A program made the position numbers and the translations under genes. Positions 1 to 10,422 of a DNA stretch of 64,000 nucleotides are shown one piece after another. Source of the stretch: a virus (Duplodnaviria; Heunggongvirae; Uroviricota; Caudoviricetes); the IMG/VR virus record IMGVR_UViG_3300020451_002055; one strand, given 5' to 3'. Below the pieces are notes generated by a model. The model was not told the origin of the DNA and made no database searches. It was given only the letters and a program-made list of their open reading frames with translations. Position 1 is the stretch's first letter. Every line of letters starts with the position of its first letter.

Positions 1-3000
1 CCATCTGTCGTGTAAAATACCTCAGAATCGGCAATGGCGAATCCTGCATCCGGAGCAATCATGGAATCAACGTTTGAAGATGTCTCTTGGACAAGAGTCC
101 ATTGATCGTCCAGTTCTCTTCGAGCATAAATACCATCCTCTCCGCCAACAGCCAAGTTGGTGTTGAAGAAGTTGATGAACTCGAATACTTCAGAGGTCCA
201 GCCCAAGCCGGGATCTCTCGATACAGTGTTTTCATTTAGATCATATATGTAAAGAGCAGTCTGGTCTAGAATGTAGACTTTGCTATTTCTGACGAACATA
301 TCTTTGATCTGCAGATCTCTTCTTCGATCAAGAACAACCTCATCAATCTCATATGTGTCAGAATCGATAGACAGAACTCCGCCAGGTCCGCCAACCCATA
401 CCTGCCCTAGCTCTTCAATGTAGACTACAGCCGTTGCATATGGAAGAGAGAAGTTTCTTCGCCCAAAGTCAGCCAAGACTTCAAAGTCAACGGTCGAGTT
501 GAATACGTCGTAAACGTCGCTACTGCATGGGAGTATGTATTTTGCCTGATACGGAGGAACCATAGCCATAGCCGACTCATTGGTCCTCGTCATATTCAGT
601 CCCATCTGAACCACATTCGAGTCTCTTGTCTGAGCCAAATGCGAAGGCAATCCGGAGTTGACCCATTCGAACGTATCTTCGATAGTGGCATGAGGCAGAC
701 TTGTATTATCGAAGGTTGGGTTGGTTATATCTAGGGTAAGCACATCTCTTTTAGTCAAAGGAGAACTGATAACCACGATACCGTTGACAGAGTTCGCTAC
801 CGCTACCAAGGCAAACTCGGAATATGGAGGGTCCGCGTCGGCTCCGTCAATGGCGGTATTGACAGGGTTATATCTGGGAACTCCAAATCCGTCAATAGGA
901 TCAGTGCCCGCGCCTTGAACTTGGACGAACTCGACTTCCTGATTAGCTATAGCATCTGCTCTGTCCGAGAACAAAACATCATCCGCTACTGTTCCTTCGG
1001 CTGCATAAATAACGAGGCCTTGGGCCTGCATCGATTCTACATCTTCTGCGCTGAAGGCCATCTGAGGAGTTAGCATAACTCCTACCTCTGTCGATTCCGG
1101 ATCGAACTCAAAACTGGCAGAACCTTGAAGATCAAGGAACTCATTGTATCGAACGATCCATGGCGAAAAGGTGATCAGGCTCTCATCAATCTCTTCCGCA
1201 GCGGAAAGCGGCAAGCACGATCCATATATCTTGTTGTTCGCTAGAGACTGATTGATAGCAAGCTCAAGATAGAAGTTCAAAACATCATCGGCGCACGCGT
1301 TGTGCAAAGCTATCGAAGAGGCTCCGGCGTCTAGCCAAGGTTGCCAGTTCTGCTCGAAGTAATTGCGGTGAAGAGAGTTGTCAGCAAGGTCATACGGAAC
1401 TGCATTGTCGTAATCGATCTCATGTGTATCAAGCTTTGTCAAATCAGGCTCGAAACGGATGCCTCCCATTACTGAGACCTCGATAGCCTCAAGACGGTTG
1501 GCTATCCAATCTGCGAGAATGGTCTCGATCTCAGTTTGCCTAGAAGAGATAATCGGACCCCATTGGTTCGGACTGTAGTAGCCAGAATTATTGATCTGAT
1601 TGCCTGCTGGCATGTAGAACATGAAACGTCGGAAACCTTTGTTATAGTCCGCTTGCATGCGGTCAATCAGATTTGATACGCCTTCAGCAGCTTCCCACCA
1701 AGAAGCGAATCCATTGACCGCTCCGGTTGAACTAAGGAAAGAGTCTTCCCATAGGACATATAGTCGAACCGGTCTCCTGTCAATACCCCCAAGAGGACCG
1801 GCTGCCGTAGATGTCAACTGCAAAGGCATGAACTCTTCAAGCTCATCAGCTTGAATCGGAGCAACAGACAGCGGCCTCAAGTCTTGGCCGGTACTACTGA
1901 GACCTCCCATGGCCCTATTTCTAGAGCCTCCTGCAAATCCTCGACCAGACGATTTTGGGAGATATGTTGGGATCTCGTTCTTGTAATCGCTCTGGATAGC
2001 CCCATCAGGATCGGTCTGACCGTTGTAAGCCAAAGCGATAGCATTCGCTCCTGCTGCAAACGGCAACTGCAACTGCTGACGGAAGTTAGATTCAGAAAGG
2101 GGTTGTCTGGTATACGGCGGAAGCGATGCATACAAGTGGTTGAAAACAGGAACGACATACGAGACGCCGTAAAGCGTCTGCAGCCTATGAGCTTCTAGAA
2201 CATTGCTTGAAATGTAGGTAGCATTGGTATCAAGAGTATTCTCGATTCCATTCTGAGGAGTTGCCCCATCGCTTACAGAGAACCTGAGAGGCTTGATAGC
2301 TGGCGGCAATACATCAACTATCTCCCATAGCCATGAAAGCTCGTTGTTGATTCGCTGACCAATGTTATAGGTATCGCCCATCAACTCGTCGAAACGGTTG
2401 CCGTAACCAACGACGCCCGGAGCAGGGCTGACAAGATTCGAGTCCTTGTAGATGGCGCTCGGTAGGTTGATGAAACCAATTTTGGCATTCGGTATAGCCT
2501 TACGAAGACCCCGTACCGTTGCTTCGTAGAAAGAGCGAGAGATAGCATTCCATTGCTCTTTCATATAAGGCTCTAGTTCCGTTTCCGGGTCAAGAGCGTT
2601 AACAGTTGAAGGGTCAGAGCAATAGAGGTAGTTGTAGAAGTCTTCTCTATAGTTCTTGTCTTCATAGAAAAGCTTTCCGGACGTACAGATAGAATCATCG
2701 AAGTCCTCATCCGTGAAATACCCATCCGAAGACTCGTATGCAGAGTAATCAAAATGAGGATGCCATCTGCCCCGATAATCAACGAGGACCATGCCGCTAT
2801 ACTCTCTGTTCTTAACCTTTCTGAGAGTATCAGCATAGACTTGTATTTCGTGCCTGTCTATCCATGTTTCATCAGCCAACATCTGATGAGGACCGGCAGT
2901 TGGATAAAGACCAAGCTCCGTCAAGCTCAATATGAAAGCATCGAATGAGATATCTCTTCTCTCATAGCTAATGGTATCAGCTAGACTTTTCGGGTACAAT

Positions 3001-5798
3001 CCGAATAAGCTATTGTCTTCAATGCGATTGCTTGTAACTGGTCTTCGTACTGGCGATCTGCTGCTAGCCAAATTGACGAGAGGCCCATCCCCGTCTCCGC
3101 TTCCATCGTCATCATCGCCATCTGGCGGAATGTAAAGGAACGCGGTTGTAGAGTCTCCGACGTATGAGTCATTCGATGGAGTTATCCTTGCATAAAGGAA
3201 GTCTCCGGTCGCATTGATTTCGGAGTTCAAGAAAGAAAAGCTCGTCTCGCTATCATCGACTATGGAGCGAGCGATCATGTCAGTGAATGAACTATTACGA
3301 GATACCTCAACGAGGAACTCATCGGTATAGCCATTAGCATCTTCATTCCAGTTGACCGATGTTGTTGTGTCGCCTTGAACAAAAAAGAACGACTGAACAG
3401 TAGTTGGACGATTAGGCTGATAGTCCAACTGGTTAGAAGCCGTTTGAGAGTTAGCATATATTTCGGGTCTAAAACCATTTTGGTATAGCCAAGCGATAGA
3501 GTCTTCTGTCACGCTTGTATTGCCGTAGTTTCCTGCTCGGGTTTGTCCAACTACTTCGCATCTAGGAACAATAAACTTGAGCATATCAAGCGTGCCTATT
3601 GGCTCATTGTTCTCAGCGCCGCTAAATATTTTGGTTTCGACTACCCATTGCTGAGTCCATGTAGCCATGACATCGCAAGAATCAGGTTCTTCCGCCATGT
3701 AGAAATCAGGCCCATAGGCTTCTCTAAGGTATTGTATACGGGGATAGCTTCGACCATATGACTGATCCGGGAACGCATCAAATCCGCAGCCTTCCCATCC
3801 CCACTCAACAAGGGCATCTAGCTCTCTTGCCTCTCGTATCCTTGACTCTTCTCCGTTATCATGGTATATCTGTTCCGCATCTGTTGTATAAAAGTCTTCC
3901 GTCATACGAGTAGAACGACCCCACCATCCTGAGAATTTGACATCGGGATTATCCTCAAGATAATCAAGCATCTCATTGATGGTAGCAGCAGAAACCGGGA
4001 AGTAGTTCGGATTAGCAGCATCAGCAAATGCGGCAGGAGACATGCCAATGTGTCTCCATGGCTCTCCTGTAATTCTGCGAATAATGAAGTTGTTCCAGTC
4101 TCGTTCATTTCTTGCAGTCTCAATAGAGTTTTCTATGAAGTTTCCCCAACCTCCAACTCGCTCCGGAAAGCTTGCAACAAAAAACCAAGGGTTTGTGTCA
4201 TCTAGAATGGAGAAGTTGGTAAACGTAGAAATATCTAGCGAAGAACCAAAGTTGACATACATGCGATCATTTTCGGTGTCAACGTACCACGTATTTGATT
4301 CTGGATTCGCGAAAAACTCATCTCCGTCGAATACTTGCAAATATAGATGAGTAGCAGAGGGAGGATGAGCTTGCGCTGCAGCTACCCTTACCTTTAGAGC
4401 CTCTCCTTCATTGAGAGTTGCAAAGGCTATCTGAGATGTATCAACGCCCGAGTCGAAAAGCGCATCAACAGATGGGACAGTATCAACAAATCTCCATCCG
4501 TCTCCATCAGCTATTGTAGATGCAACATTATCGTTGTATCCGGGCTGACCGCCAAATGAGCCTGACAGATTTAGTCGTCCATCAAAGTTTGGATTGTATT
4601 TAATGTCGCCAGCAAAGGCTCTAACGATGCGACGATACTTATCGATCCAAGAGAAATCTCCCGTAACCTCATCATTTACAGTATCAAATCTAAGAAGAAG
4701 AGTAAAGGTGTATTCTTCTCCGGGCTCTAGCTCATAAGTATCTCCAAAGCTGCCTTCTTGAGGCCCGGTAACTGAGCCTGTAAGAGTAGGGCTATCTTCC
4801 CACTTGAGAATCTTACGCCAACCAGTTACTCCTGCTGCTCCGCCGCCAGTAGATCTACCATGAACAAAACGAAGACGCTTAGTATCTTCTTCTCGGAATA
4901 CTTCCTTATGAACAACCCATGCCTCGCTGTATTTGATATCATAGCCAAGGCTACCGTTGTCAGCTCCTCTGTGCTGAAATATGAACGCAGGAACTTGAAG
5001 ATTGTTCGGATAGACTGCCTGATTCAGGAAGATACCGGTGCCGCCGGTGCCGCCGTTCTGAGCGGTTTGAGTTGTACCTGTTACTTCTGTAGTTATTGTC
5101 CTGTATACATGCTCTTGGACTTCGGTAGTGAACTCGTTACCAGCCGTCAAAGACAGCCAGTCGTTATGAGCATTTATATCCATGATCTCTACAGTTGATG
5201 CAGTAGGATTGTAGACCCTATGCTTGACATTGAGGCCCCAGAACCCATCCTCTTTTACGATATCGTAAGTTATCTCGCAGCGAACGCCCGTAAGCGTGCC
5301 TCTGAAAACCGCTTCAAAATCGCTGATCGTGTCATCTGTAAAGATACGCATGACAAGCGCATCATTTGCATCATTCGTCCGTATATCAATGCGATCTGAT
5401 TGCTCATCAACATAGAACTTGTCGTTAGATGTATCGCCCAGTTGACCGTTAGGCTGCCATACAGCGAAGTCAAGCGTCTGATTGCCCGAAGACATTCGGA
5501 TGTCAGCAGTTAGATACTCGAAAGAGCCTTGAGGGAAGGTGACGGTGACTTCCTGAATTTCGCCTGGCTCAAGAACAACGCCGCTATCGATTGAGATATC
5601 AGGATGATCTGATCTTGTAATAGTAAACTGAGCAGTTTCAGTCTCAGTTCCTACATTTTTTACATGAAAACTACCCGTTGTTTGTCCTAAAGAGATTTGA
5701 GCCGGGTCAAACTCAACAACTCCCGTATTAGCTATAACCGCGTCCTCGATTCCAAAAGCGAATGGGACTACATTGTCTACTGCAAATGGCTTTGCCAT
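1..5798 (-). CDS. Giant multidomain virion/receptor-binding protein (>1930 aa, 3' end beyond window start) with a GH56 hyaluronidase-like barrel, further putative GH-like barrels and a C-terminal beta-propeller
   Basis: Not in the ORF track. Manual translation from ATG at 5798 (MAKPFAVDNVVPFAFGIEDAVIANTG...) stays open in one frame to the window edge (...IAPDAGFAIADSEVFYTTD). GH56-like motifs at ~2000-2960; propeller-like 'VWVGGPGGVLSID' and 'LAVGGEDGIY' near 1-450. Confidence 0.85.
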   Translation of the reverse strand, partial: MAKPFAVDNVVPFAFGIEDAVIANTGVVEFDPAQISLGQTTGSFHVKNVGTETETAQFTITRSDHPDISIDSGVVLEPGEIQEVTVTFPQGSFEYLTADIRMSSGNQTLDFAVWQPNGQLGDTSNDKFYVDEQSDRIDIRTNDANDALVMRIFTDDTISDFEAVFRGTLTGVRCEITYDIVKEDGFWGLNVKHRVYNPTASTVEIMDINAHNDWLSLTAGNEFTTEVQEHVYRTITTEVTGTTQTAQNGGTGGTGIFLNQAVYPNNLQVPAFIFQHRGADNGSLGYDIKYSEAWVVHKEVFREEDTKRLRFVHGRSTGGGAAGVTGWRKILKWEDSPTLTGSVTGPQEGSFGDTYELEPGEEYTFTLLLRFDTVNDEVTGDFSWIDKYRRIVRAFAGDIKYNPNFDGRLNLSGSFGGQPGYNDNVASTIADGDGWRFVDTVPSVDALFDSGVDTSQIAFATLNEGEALKVRVAAAQAHPPSATHLYLQVFDGDEFFANPESNTWYVDTENDRMYVNFGSSLDISTFTNFSILDDTNPWFFVASFPERVGGWGNFIENSIETARNERDWNNFIIRRITGEPWRHIGMSPAAFADAANPNYFPVSAATINEMLDYLEDNPDVKFSGWWGRSTRMTEDFYTTDAEQIYHDNGEESRIREARELDALVEWGWEGCGFDAFPDQSYGRSYPRIQYLREAYGPDFYMAEEPDSCDVMATWTQQWVVETKIFSGAENNEPIGTLDMLKFIVPRCEVVGQTRAGNYGNTSVTEDSIAWLYQNGFRPEIYANSQTASNQLDYQPNRPTTVQSFFFVQGDTTTSVNWNEDANGYTDEFLVEVSRNSSFTDMIARSIVDDSETSFSFLNSEINATGDFLYARITPSNDSYVGDSTTAFLYIPPDGDDDDGSGDGDGPLVNLASSRSPVRRPVTSNRIEDNSLFGLYPKSLADTISYERRDISFDAFILSLTELGLYPTAGPHQMLADETWIDRHEIQVYADTLRKVKNREYSGMVLVDYRGRWHPHFDYSAYESSDGYFTDEDFDDSICTSGKLFYEDKNYREDFYNYLYCSDPSTVNALDPETELEPYMKEQWNAISRSFYEATVRGLRKAIPNAKIGFINLPSAIYKDSNLVSPAPGVVGYGNRFDELMGDTYNIGQRINNELSWLWEIVDVLPPAIKPLRFSVSDGATPQNGIENTLDTNATYISSNVLEAHRLQTLYGVSYVVPVFNHLYASLPPYTRQPLSESNFRQQLQLPFAAGANAIALAYNGQTDPDGAIQSDYKNEIPTYLPKSSGRGFAGGSRNRAMGGLSSTGQDLRPLSVAPIQADELEEFMPLQLTSTAAGPLGGIDRRPVRLYVLWEDSFLSSTGAVNGFASWWEAAEGVSNLIDRMQADYNKGFRRFMFYMPAGNQINNSGYYSPNQWGPIISSRQTEIETILADWIANRLEAIEVSVMGGIRFEPDLTKLDTHEIDYDNAVPYDLADNSLHRNYFEQNWQPWLDAGASSIALHNACADDVLNFYLELAINQSLANNKIYGSCLPLSAAEEIDESLITFSPWIVRYNEFLDLQGSASFEFDPESTEVGVMLTPQMAFSAEDVESMQAQGLVIYAAEGTVADDVLFSDRADAIANQEVEFVQVQGAGTDPIDGFGVPRYNPVNTAIDGADADPPYSEFALVAVANSVNGIVVISSPLTKRDVLTLDITNPTFDNTSLPHATIEDTFEWVNSGLPSHLAQTRDSNVVQMGLNMTRTNESAMAMVPPYQAKYILPCSSDVYDVFNSTVDFEVLADFGRRNFSLPYATAVVYIEELGQVWVGGPGGVLSIDSDTYEIDEVVLDRRRDLQIKDMFVRNSKVYILDQTALYIYDLNENTVSRDPGLGWTSEVFEFINFFNTNLAVGGEDGIYARRELDDQWTLVQETSSNVDSMIAPDAGFAIADSEVFYTTD

Positions 5799-5850
5799 CT
5801 AGATACCCTTTATCCAGAAGTTACTATACCTGAATCATCGACCAAAACGG

Positions 5851-8800
5851 TTATCCGCTTGCCGATCCGCCTCCACCCCCGAGACCGCCTCCGTCTCCGC
5901 CAGAGCCGTCACCCTCTCCATCGGAACCATCGCCTGGAGCAACTCCCCCATTGGTGTCTTCCGAGGAGGACGGGCCATCAAGATCAGCATCTTCAAGGGA
6001 CGAGTTGTTAGAGTAGGTTCCAAAGTCCTCAAGGCCCAAATTCTGATAGCTGTCATCAGAAGATAGCAAGAGAACTCTGAAAGCTGGTATCGCAAATGGG
6101 ACTATCACTTCATCATTACCATCAAGTTCAGTAACAACCCTTGCTTCAGGGTAAATTTGAGACAAGAATCTATCGATGCTGTTTAGGAAAATGACAACAT
6201 TCGACTTGGTAAAGCCAGCTAGGACAGGATTATCGTCGTCCTCTCCGGTGTCAACTAGGGCAGTTGCTATATTGATCAGATTCGTTCTTGCGATATCCGC
6301 TCCTGCCTTATGAGCATTTCTGTCATTGTAGACTGGCAAAGATAGCTCGCTGATCGCCTGAGCAGGCCTTTCAGCAACGCTCCAATCGTTTGCCGCAAAG
6401 CCATTGACAAAAAGTTGAACGCCAGATATGAAGTTGGCATCTGCCCATCCTCCGTTCTGCGTCTGATACTTTTGATACTGATTTGCTATAGTAACGACAG
6501 CATCGACTCGCTGTTTTTCATCAAAGCAAACAAACTTACGCAGGTCTCTTGTTGCCGTAGTATATCTAAAGCCTATTCGCTGCTCGACGCCATTGACATA
6601 TATGGTCGGAACAATATCAGATCTACGCTCCCATTGCAAACTCATAGAGCCCGGATTTGGAGCAAGGTAAAGCTGCTCCTCTGTTCCGACAAACATCTTG
6701 TCATCAATGATATTCATGGAACTTGGAGGCGGAGTATAGTTGCCGATGTTCATCTGAGGAAACGCTATTTCAAAGTTGAACTCTTCATCGTTTACAATGT
6801 CAGTACCCGGGACAGTAACAAGAAGACCCTTATCAGTCGTGACAAATATTCTGTCTCGCCAAATAACGAGCTTTCTCATAAGGTCTACGTCTCTTAGGAT
6901 AGCGACTCGCTGAAACTCTTCTTCTCCTGGCCTTCTTCGCCATACTATGAACTGAGTGATACAGAATAGGACATCTCCATAGAACTTGAACTGGAAAATA
7001 GGTCTTTGATCAGGCATCTCATCGCTAAAGTCCCAACGGAAACCAGCATTGTCGGTTTCAAAAATACCAAGCTCATTGCTGACAATGATGCGATCTCGAA
7101 CATGATCATAGACTGTATCGTAAGATTCAGTTGAGTCGGGACCAAAGATCGGAGTCTGTTCCCAGAAGTAGAAGTCTCGACCGATATCTCTTACTAGCTT
7201 GAAAACGCCAAGGTCCGAGGTGCAGAATATGTCTCCCTCAGGAGTCTCCGATATGCCCCTAGTTACCTTGGAGTTCTCCATCCCCCTTACTTCTCGCCAA
7301 ACGCTGAAGCCGCCTTGTTCGCCGCCGCGAGAAGCGAATACGCCTCTATTGGTCAAGGCAAAATATAGGTTGACGCTTCGAGAATAGTAAAACTCAATAA
7401 CCGGCGTTACAAGGCTAAGCTGCCTTTCCCAACTGGCTCCGAAGTCCGTACTTGTGTAGATGCCGTCACTACTGCTACCAACAAGAACGTCGCCCTCGGA
7501 TGTTTCTGCTAGTATGATATCATACCATGTAATAGCATCTCCGATGATTGCATCTTCTGCAATGGGAGCAAAACGATAACCATCGTCAACTGCAATAGTG
7601 TTGATCTGAACAGGAATCAAAGGCTCTTTGATCCGACCTTCGTGTCCAAGATCGGGCAACTGCCTTTCCTCGACAAGCCCGATTGTTACCTGATTAGCAG
7701 AAGCGTCTTCAAGCCTTTCTTGAGGAAGAGAGCCCTGAGTCTCCGTAAGACCTTGGAAGACTACAACAAGTTCAGGAGGGTCTTCAAATGGAAAATCTTC
7801 GTCATCGTCTCTTAGGAACTCAGCCGGAGCCAGTCTTTGCTCAAAGGTGATTCTCCCAAGTTCTCTATCGAGGTTGAACAGCAAGTTGAACTCTGCCGCC
7901 AACTGACCATTCAGATAGACCTCAAATGCAAAAGTATCAGACAGATCAGCAGTTGTAGTGTAGTTCTGGAAGTCTTGAGTAATCCAGTCATCAACTCGAA
8001 TAGTATCTCCCAAGTTGATTCGACGGTCATCAATACGAGTAAAGAACTCGTGCTTATGCTCTGCAATAAGTTCTTGGGCCTTCTCTCGGATAGGGTCTTC
8101 AAGATCTTGTATTTCTCTGACCGCGGACTGATCGATAGTCATGACGCCGTTCGATGTCTCGACGGTGCCCAAGAACAACGCGCTGGTAACGGCGATGTCA
8201 GACTCGGTTATGAACAAATCGGCCTCGTTGCGGAACTTGCGAACGATGTAGTAGTAGGTGCCTGCAAACTTCAAAGCCTCGGGATCATTGTAGGCCGTTT
8301 GAGATGGAGTCGTTGTTCCGATCAACTCGAACTCATAGGTGTTATTGATTGAGCGGAATATCTCATAGCCATCAAACTGACCTGCTGTTGGATCCCAAAT
8401 GAGATCAATACCAGTGCCCAAGCCGTCCAACTGTGCGACAAGATTAGTAGGAGTTCCGAGTTCTCCGGATACAGTAGGAGTAAGCAAAGTCAAGTTATAG
8501 TCGAAGAACTCATCATCGATCGGATTGAGCGATTCTCTGCCGTAAAGGTCGATCGTTGTAACGAAGTAGGCATATGTTGTGCCATTGCTTACATCGTAGT
8601 CAGTATATGAAAATGTCGTGCTATCAACAGACTCTACCCGGGTAAAATCTGAAGCATTGTATACAACTTGCTGTTCAGCCCTATAGATACGATACCCTCT
8701 AGCTATCAAGCTGTTGGGTTGATTCCATGAGATAGTAACCTCAGCATCATTCGCCACTCCGAGAATCTGATTGGGAGCTTGAGGCCTAGGAAGATTACTC

Positions 8801-10419
8801 AAGTCGGGAATATCAAAGGTCACTTCTCGATCAACACTCTCATTGCCGAACTCATCAACGGATCGGACCGAGAATCTAAAAGTAGAGTTAGCCGCAACAA
8901 GGTCTTGAGTTACAATGTAGCTTTGCGATCTGCCAACAGCAACATCTTCTGCTATTACGAGAGAATTGCTTGGGTCGGAGTTGTCCTCTCTGACTAGGTT
9001 GACAACATTGTTGGTAAAGATAGAAGTCGAGTTGAACCAACTGAACTCGATAGTCTGATCAGGACGCTGCTCTGCCCTTAGCCTTGACGGAGGTCTCGGC
9101 GATTCGTAAGTTCTTGTTCTATGGCGAGCGATACGACCAATGCTAGGATTGCCATCTGCATCGATAGCTCTGACGGTTACGAAGTATACCGTTCTGGTTC
9201 TGATGCTTCTATTGCGAGTTACTCCGTCGTCATCAATGTACGAGTATATCTTGAAATCGCGAAAGTTCTCATTTGGTTCTCGAATCCAAACAGAGGTAAT
9301 GATGTCGCTGTTCTCGGAATCAACCTCTTCGATGCGGATTTCATGAGCAATCGGAGGGTTTGGATCGTAAGGCTCGATGAACGGATCCCACTCAACGGCA
9401 AGGATCGTGTCGGATACGAAGCCATCGCTCTCCTTATCGAATAGCCTTAGTCCGACAACATCTCTTGGTCCGGTGAAGAACTCAGGCGTGGCATAGAGAG
9501 TAACGCCCGAAGATTCAACTCCATTATCCCCTACGGATACAAGACGTACCTGATACTTCTGGCTGTTTTCAAGATCAAGAATAGACGTATATACAAGATT
9601 GCCTGCGACATCGTAAACCTCGGTATCGCCAGTAGCCTGATTCTCCAAGTTAACAGGAGTTACATATGCTCGATAAAACTCGATATCTCCGAACGCCGCT
9701 GGCCGCCAGAGCAGATGGATGGCGTTTGTAGCTGGCGTGATCGAGACATTGATTGGATCAGTGGGAGGGGTTGTATCTAGATCTGTTGTTACGGATAGCG
9801 TAGATGTCTGAGAACTCTCATTGCCGGTAAAGTCTACGGCGCTGATGCGATAGTAATATGTGGTATCGTCATCGAGATCGCTATCCAGGTAACTCGTCTC
9901 TGAAGTTGATTCCAAAAGCTCAAATTCTATGTTGTCTTCGCTTTTGTAGAGATTGAACTCTTTGAAATCAAAGTCAGAAGTATTCTCATCCCATTCCAGA
10001 AGAATAGAGGATACAGATGTTTGAGCCGCTGCAAAGTTGCTAGGAATTGCCGGATCGGTAACATCGATATGTTCGTAAGTGGCTATGTTAGAAAAGGCTC
10101 CAGCCTGCCCGATAACGCCGGGACGCCTCTTCATCCATACATAGACGAAGTTGTTATCGAGCAAGGATCGGCTGTAGTCACCGAAGGTTCTGATGATATT
10201 TCGATCAATGACTCCCATTCCTGCGCTGACGTTTATTGACAGGCTCGATGGGCTAGGTTGCGTTATCACCCATCCATTGACCCGGCCCGGACCAATGATG
10301 TCCGAGAGGAATGCCATATGCTGATCAATAGACGTAAAACGGGCCTTATCGACAGTAGCCGAATAGTAATCGCCAGACACGAATGCCTGAAAACCAAAAT
10401 GGGGCGTCCTAGTAGGCAT
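5851..10419 (-). CDS. Large tail fibre/baseplate-type protein with fibronectin type III repeats and an Asp-box beta-propeller
   Basis: 1522 aa. Tandem FN3 motifs (e.g. 'PSNFAAAQ...LEWD...YYYRISAVDFTGNES', 'YAYFVTTIDLYGRES'), Asp-box 'TSTDFGASW', HKH motif, Gly/Asp-rich tail. N-terminal domain paralogous to 31755-35273. Confidence 0.75.
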   Translation of the reverse strand: MPTRTPHFGFQAFVSGDYYSATVDKARFTSIDQHMAFLSDIIGPGRVNGWVITQPSPSSLSINVSAGMGVIDRNIIRTFGDYSRSLLDNNFVYVWMKRRPGVIGQAGAFSNIATYEHIDVTDPAIPSNFAAAQTSVSSILLEWDENTSDFDFKEFNLYKSEDNIEFELLESTSETSYLDSDLDDDTTYYYRISAVDFTGNESSQTSTLSVTTDLDTTPPTDPINVSITPATNAIHLLWRPAAFGDIEFYRAYVTPVNLENQATGDTEVYDVAGNLVYTSILDLENSQKYQVRLVSVGDNGVESSGVTLYATPEFFTGPRDVVGLRLFDKESDGFVSDTILAVEWDPFIEPYDPNPPIAHEIRIEEVDSENSDIITSVWIREPNENFRDFKIYSYIDDDGVTRNRSIRTRTVYFVTVRAIDADGNPSIGRIARHRTRTYESPRPPSRLRAEQRPDQTIEFSWFNSTSIFTNNVVNLVREDNSDPSNSLVIAEDVAVGRSQSYIVTQDLVAANSTFRFSVRSVDEFGNESVDREVTFDIPDLSNLPRPQAPNQILGVANDAEVTISWNQPNSLIARGYRIYRAEQQVVYNASDFTRVESVDSTTFSYTDYDVSNGTTYAYFVTTIDLYGRESLNPIDDEFFDYNLTLLTPTVSGELGTPTNLVAQLDGLGTGIDLIWDPTAGQFDGYEIFRSINNTYEFELIGTTTPSQTAYNDPEALKFAGTYYYIVRKFRNEADLFITESDIAVTSALFLGTVETSNGVMTIDQSAVREIQDLEDPIREKAQELIAEHKHEFFTRIDDRRINLGDTIRVDDWITQDFQNYTTTADLSDTFAFEVYLNGQLAAEFNLLFNLDRELGRITFEQRLAPAEFLRDDDEDFPFEDPPELVVVFQGLTETQGSLPQERLEDASANQVTIGLVEERQLPDLGHEGRIKEPLIPVQINTIAVDDGYRFAPIAEDAIIGDAITWYDIILAETSEGDVLVGSSSDGIYTSTDFGASWERQLSLVTPVIEFYYSRSVNLYFALTNRGVFASRGGEQGGFSVWREVRGMENSKVTRGISETPEGDIFCTSDLGVFKLVRDIGRDFYFWEQTPIFGPDSTESYDTVYDHVRDRIIVSNELGIFETDNAGFRWDFSDEMPDQRPIFQFKFYGDVLFCITQFIVWRRRPGEEEFQRVAILRDVDLMRKLVIWRDRIFVTTDKGLLVTVPGTDIVNDEEFNFEIAFPQMNIGNYTPPPSSMNIIDDKMFVGTEEQLYLAPNPGSMSLQWERRSDIVPTIYVNGVEQRIGFRYTTATRDLRKFVCFDEKQRVDAVVTIANQYQKYQTQNGGWADANFISGVQLFVNGFAANDWSVAERPAQAISELSLPVYNDRNAHKAGADIARTNLINIATALVDTGEDDDNPVLAGFTKSNVVIFLNSIDRFLSQIYPEARVVTELDGNDEVIVPFAIPAFRVLLLSSDDSYQNLGLEDFGTYSNNSSLEDADLDGPSSSEDTNGGVAPGDGSDGEGDGSGGDGGGLGGGGGSASG

Positions 10420-10422
10420 ATC

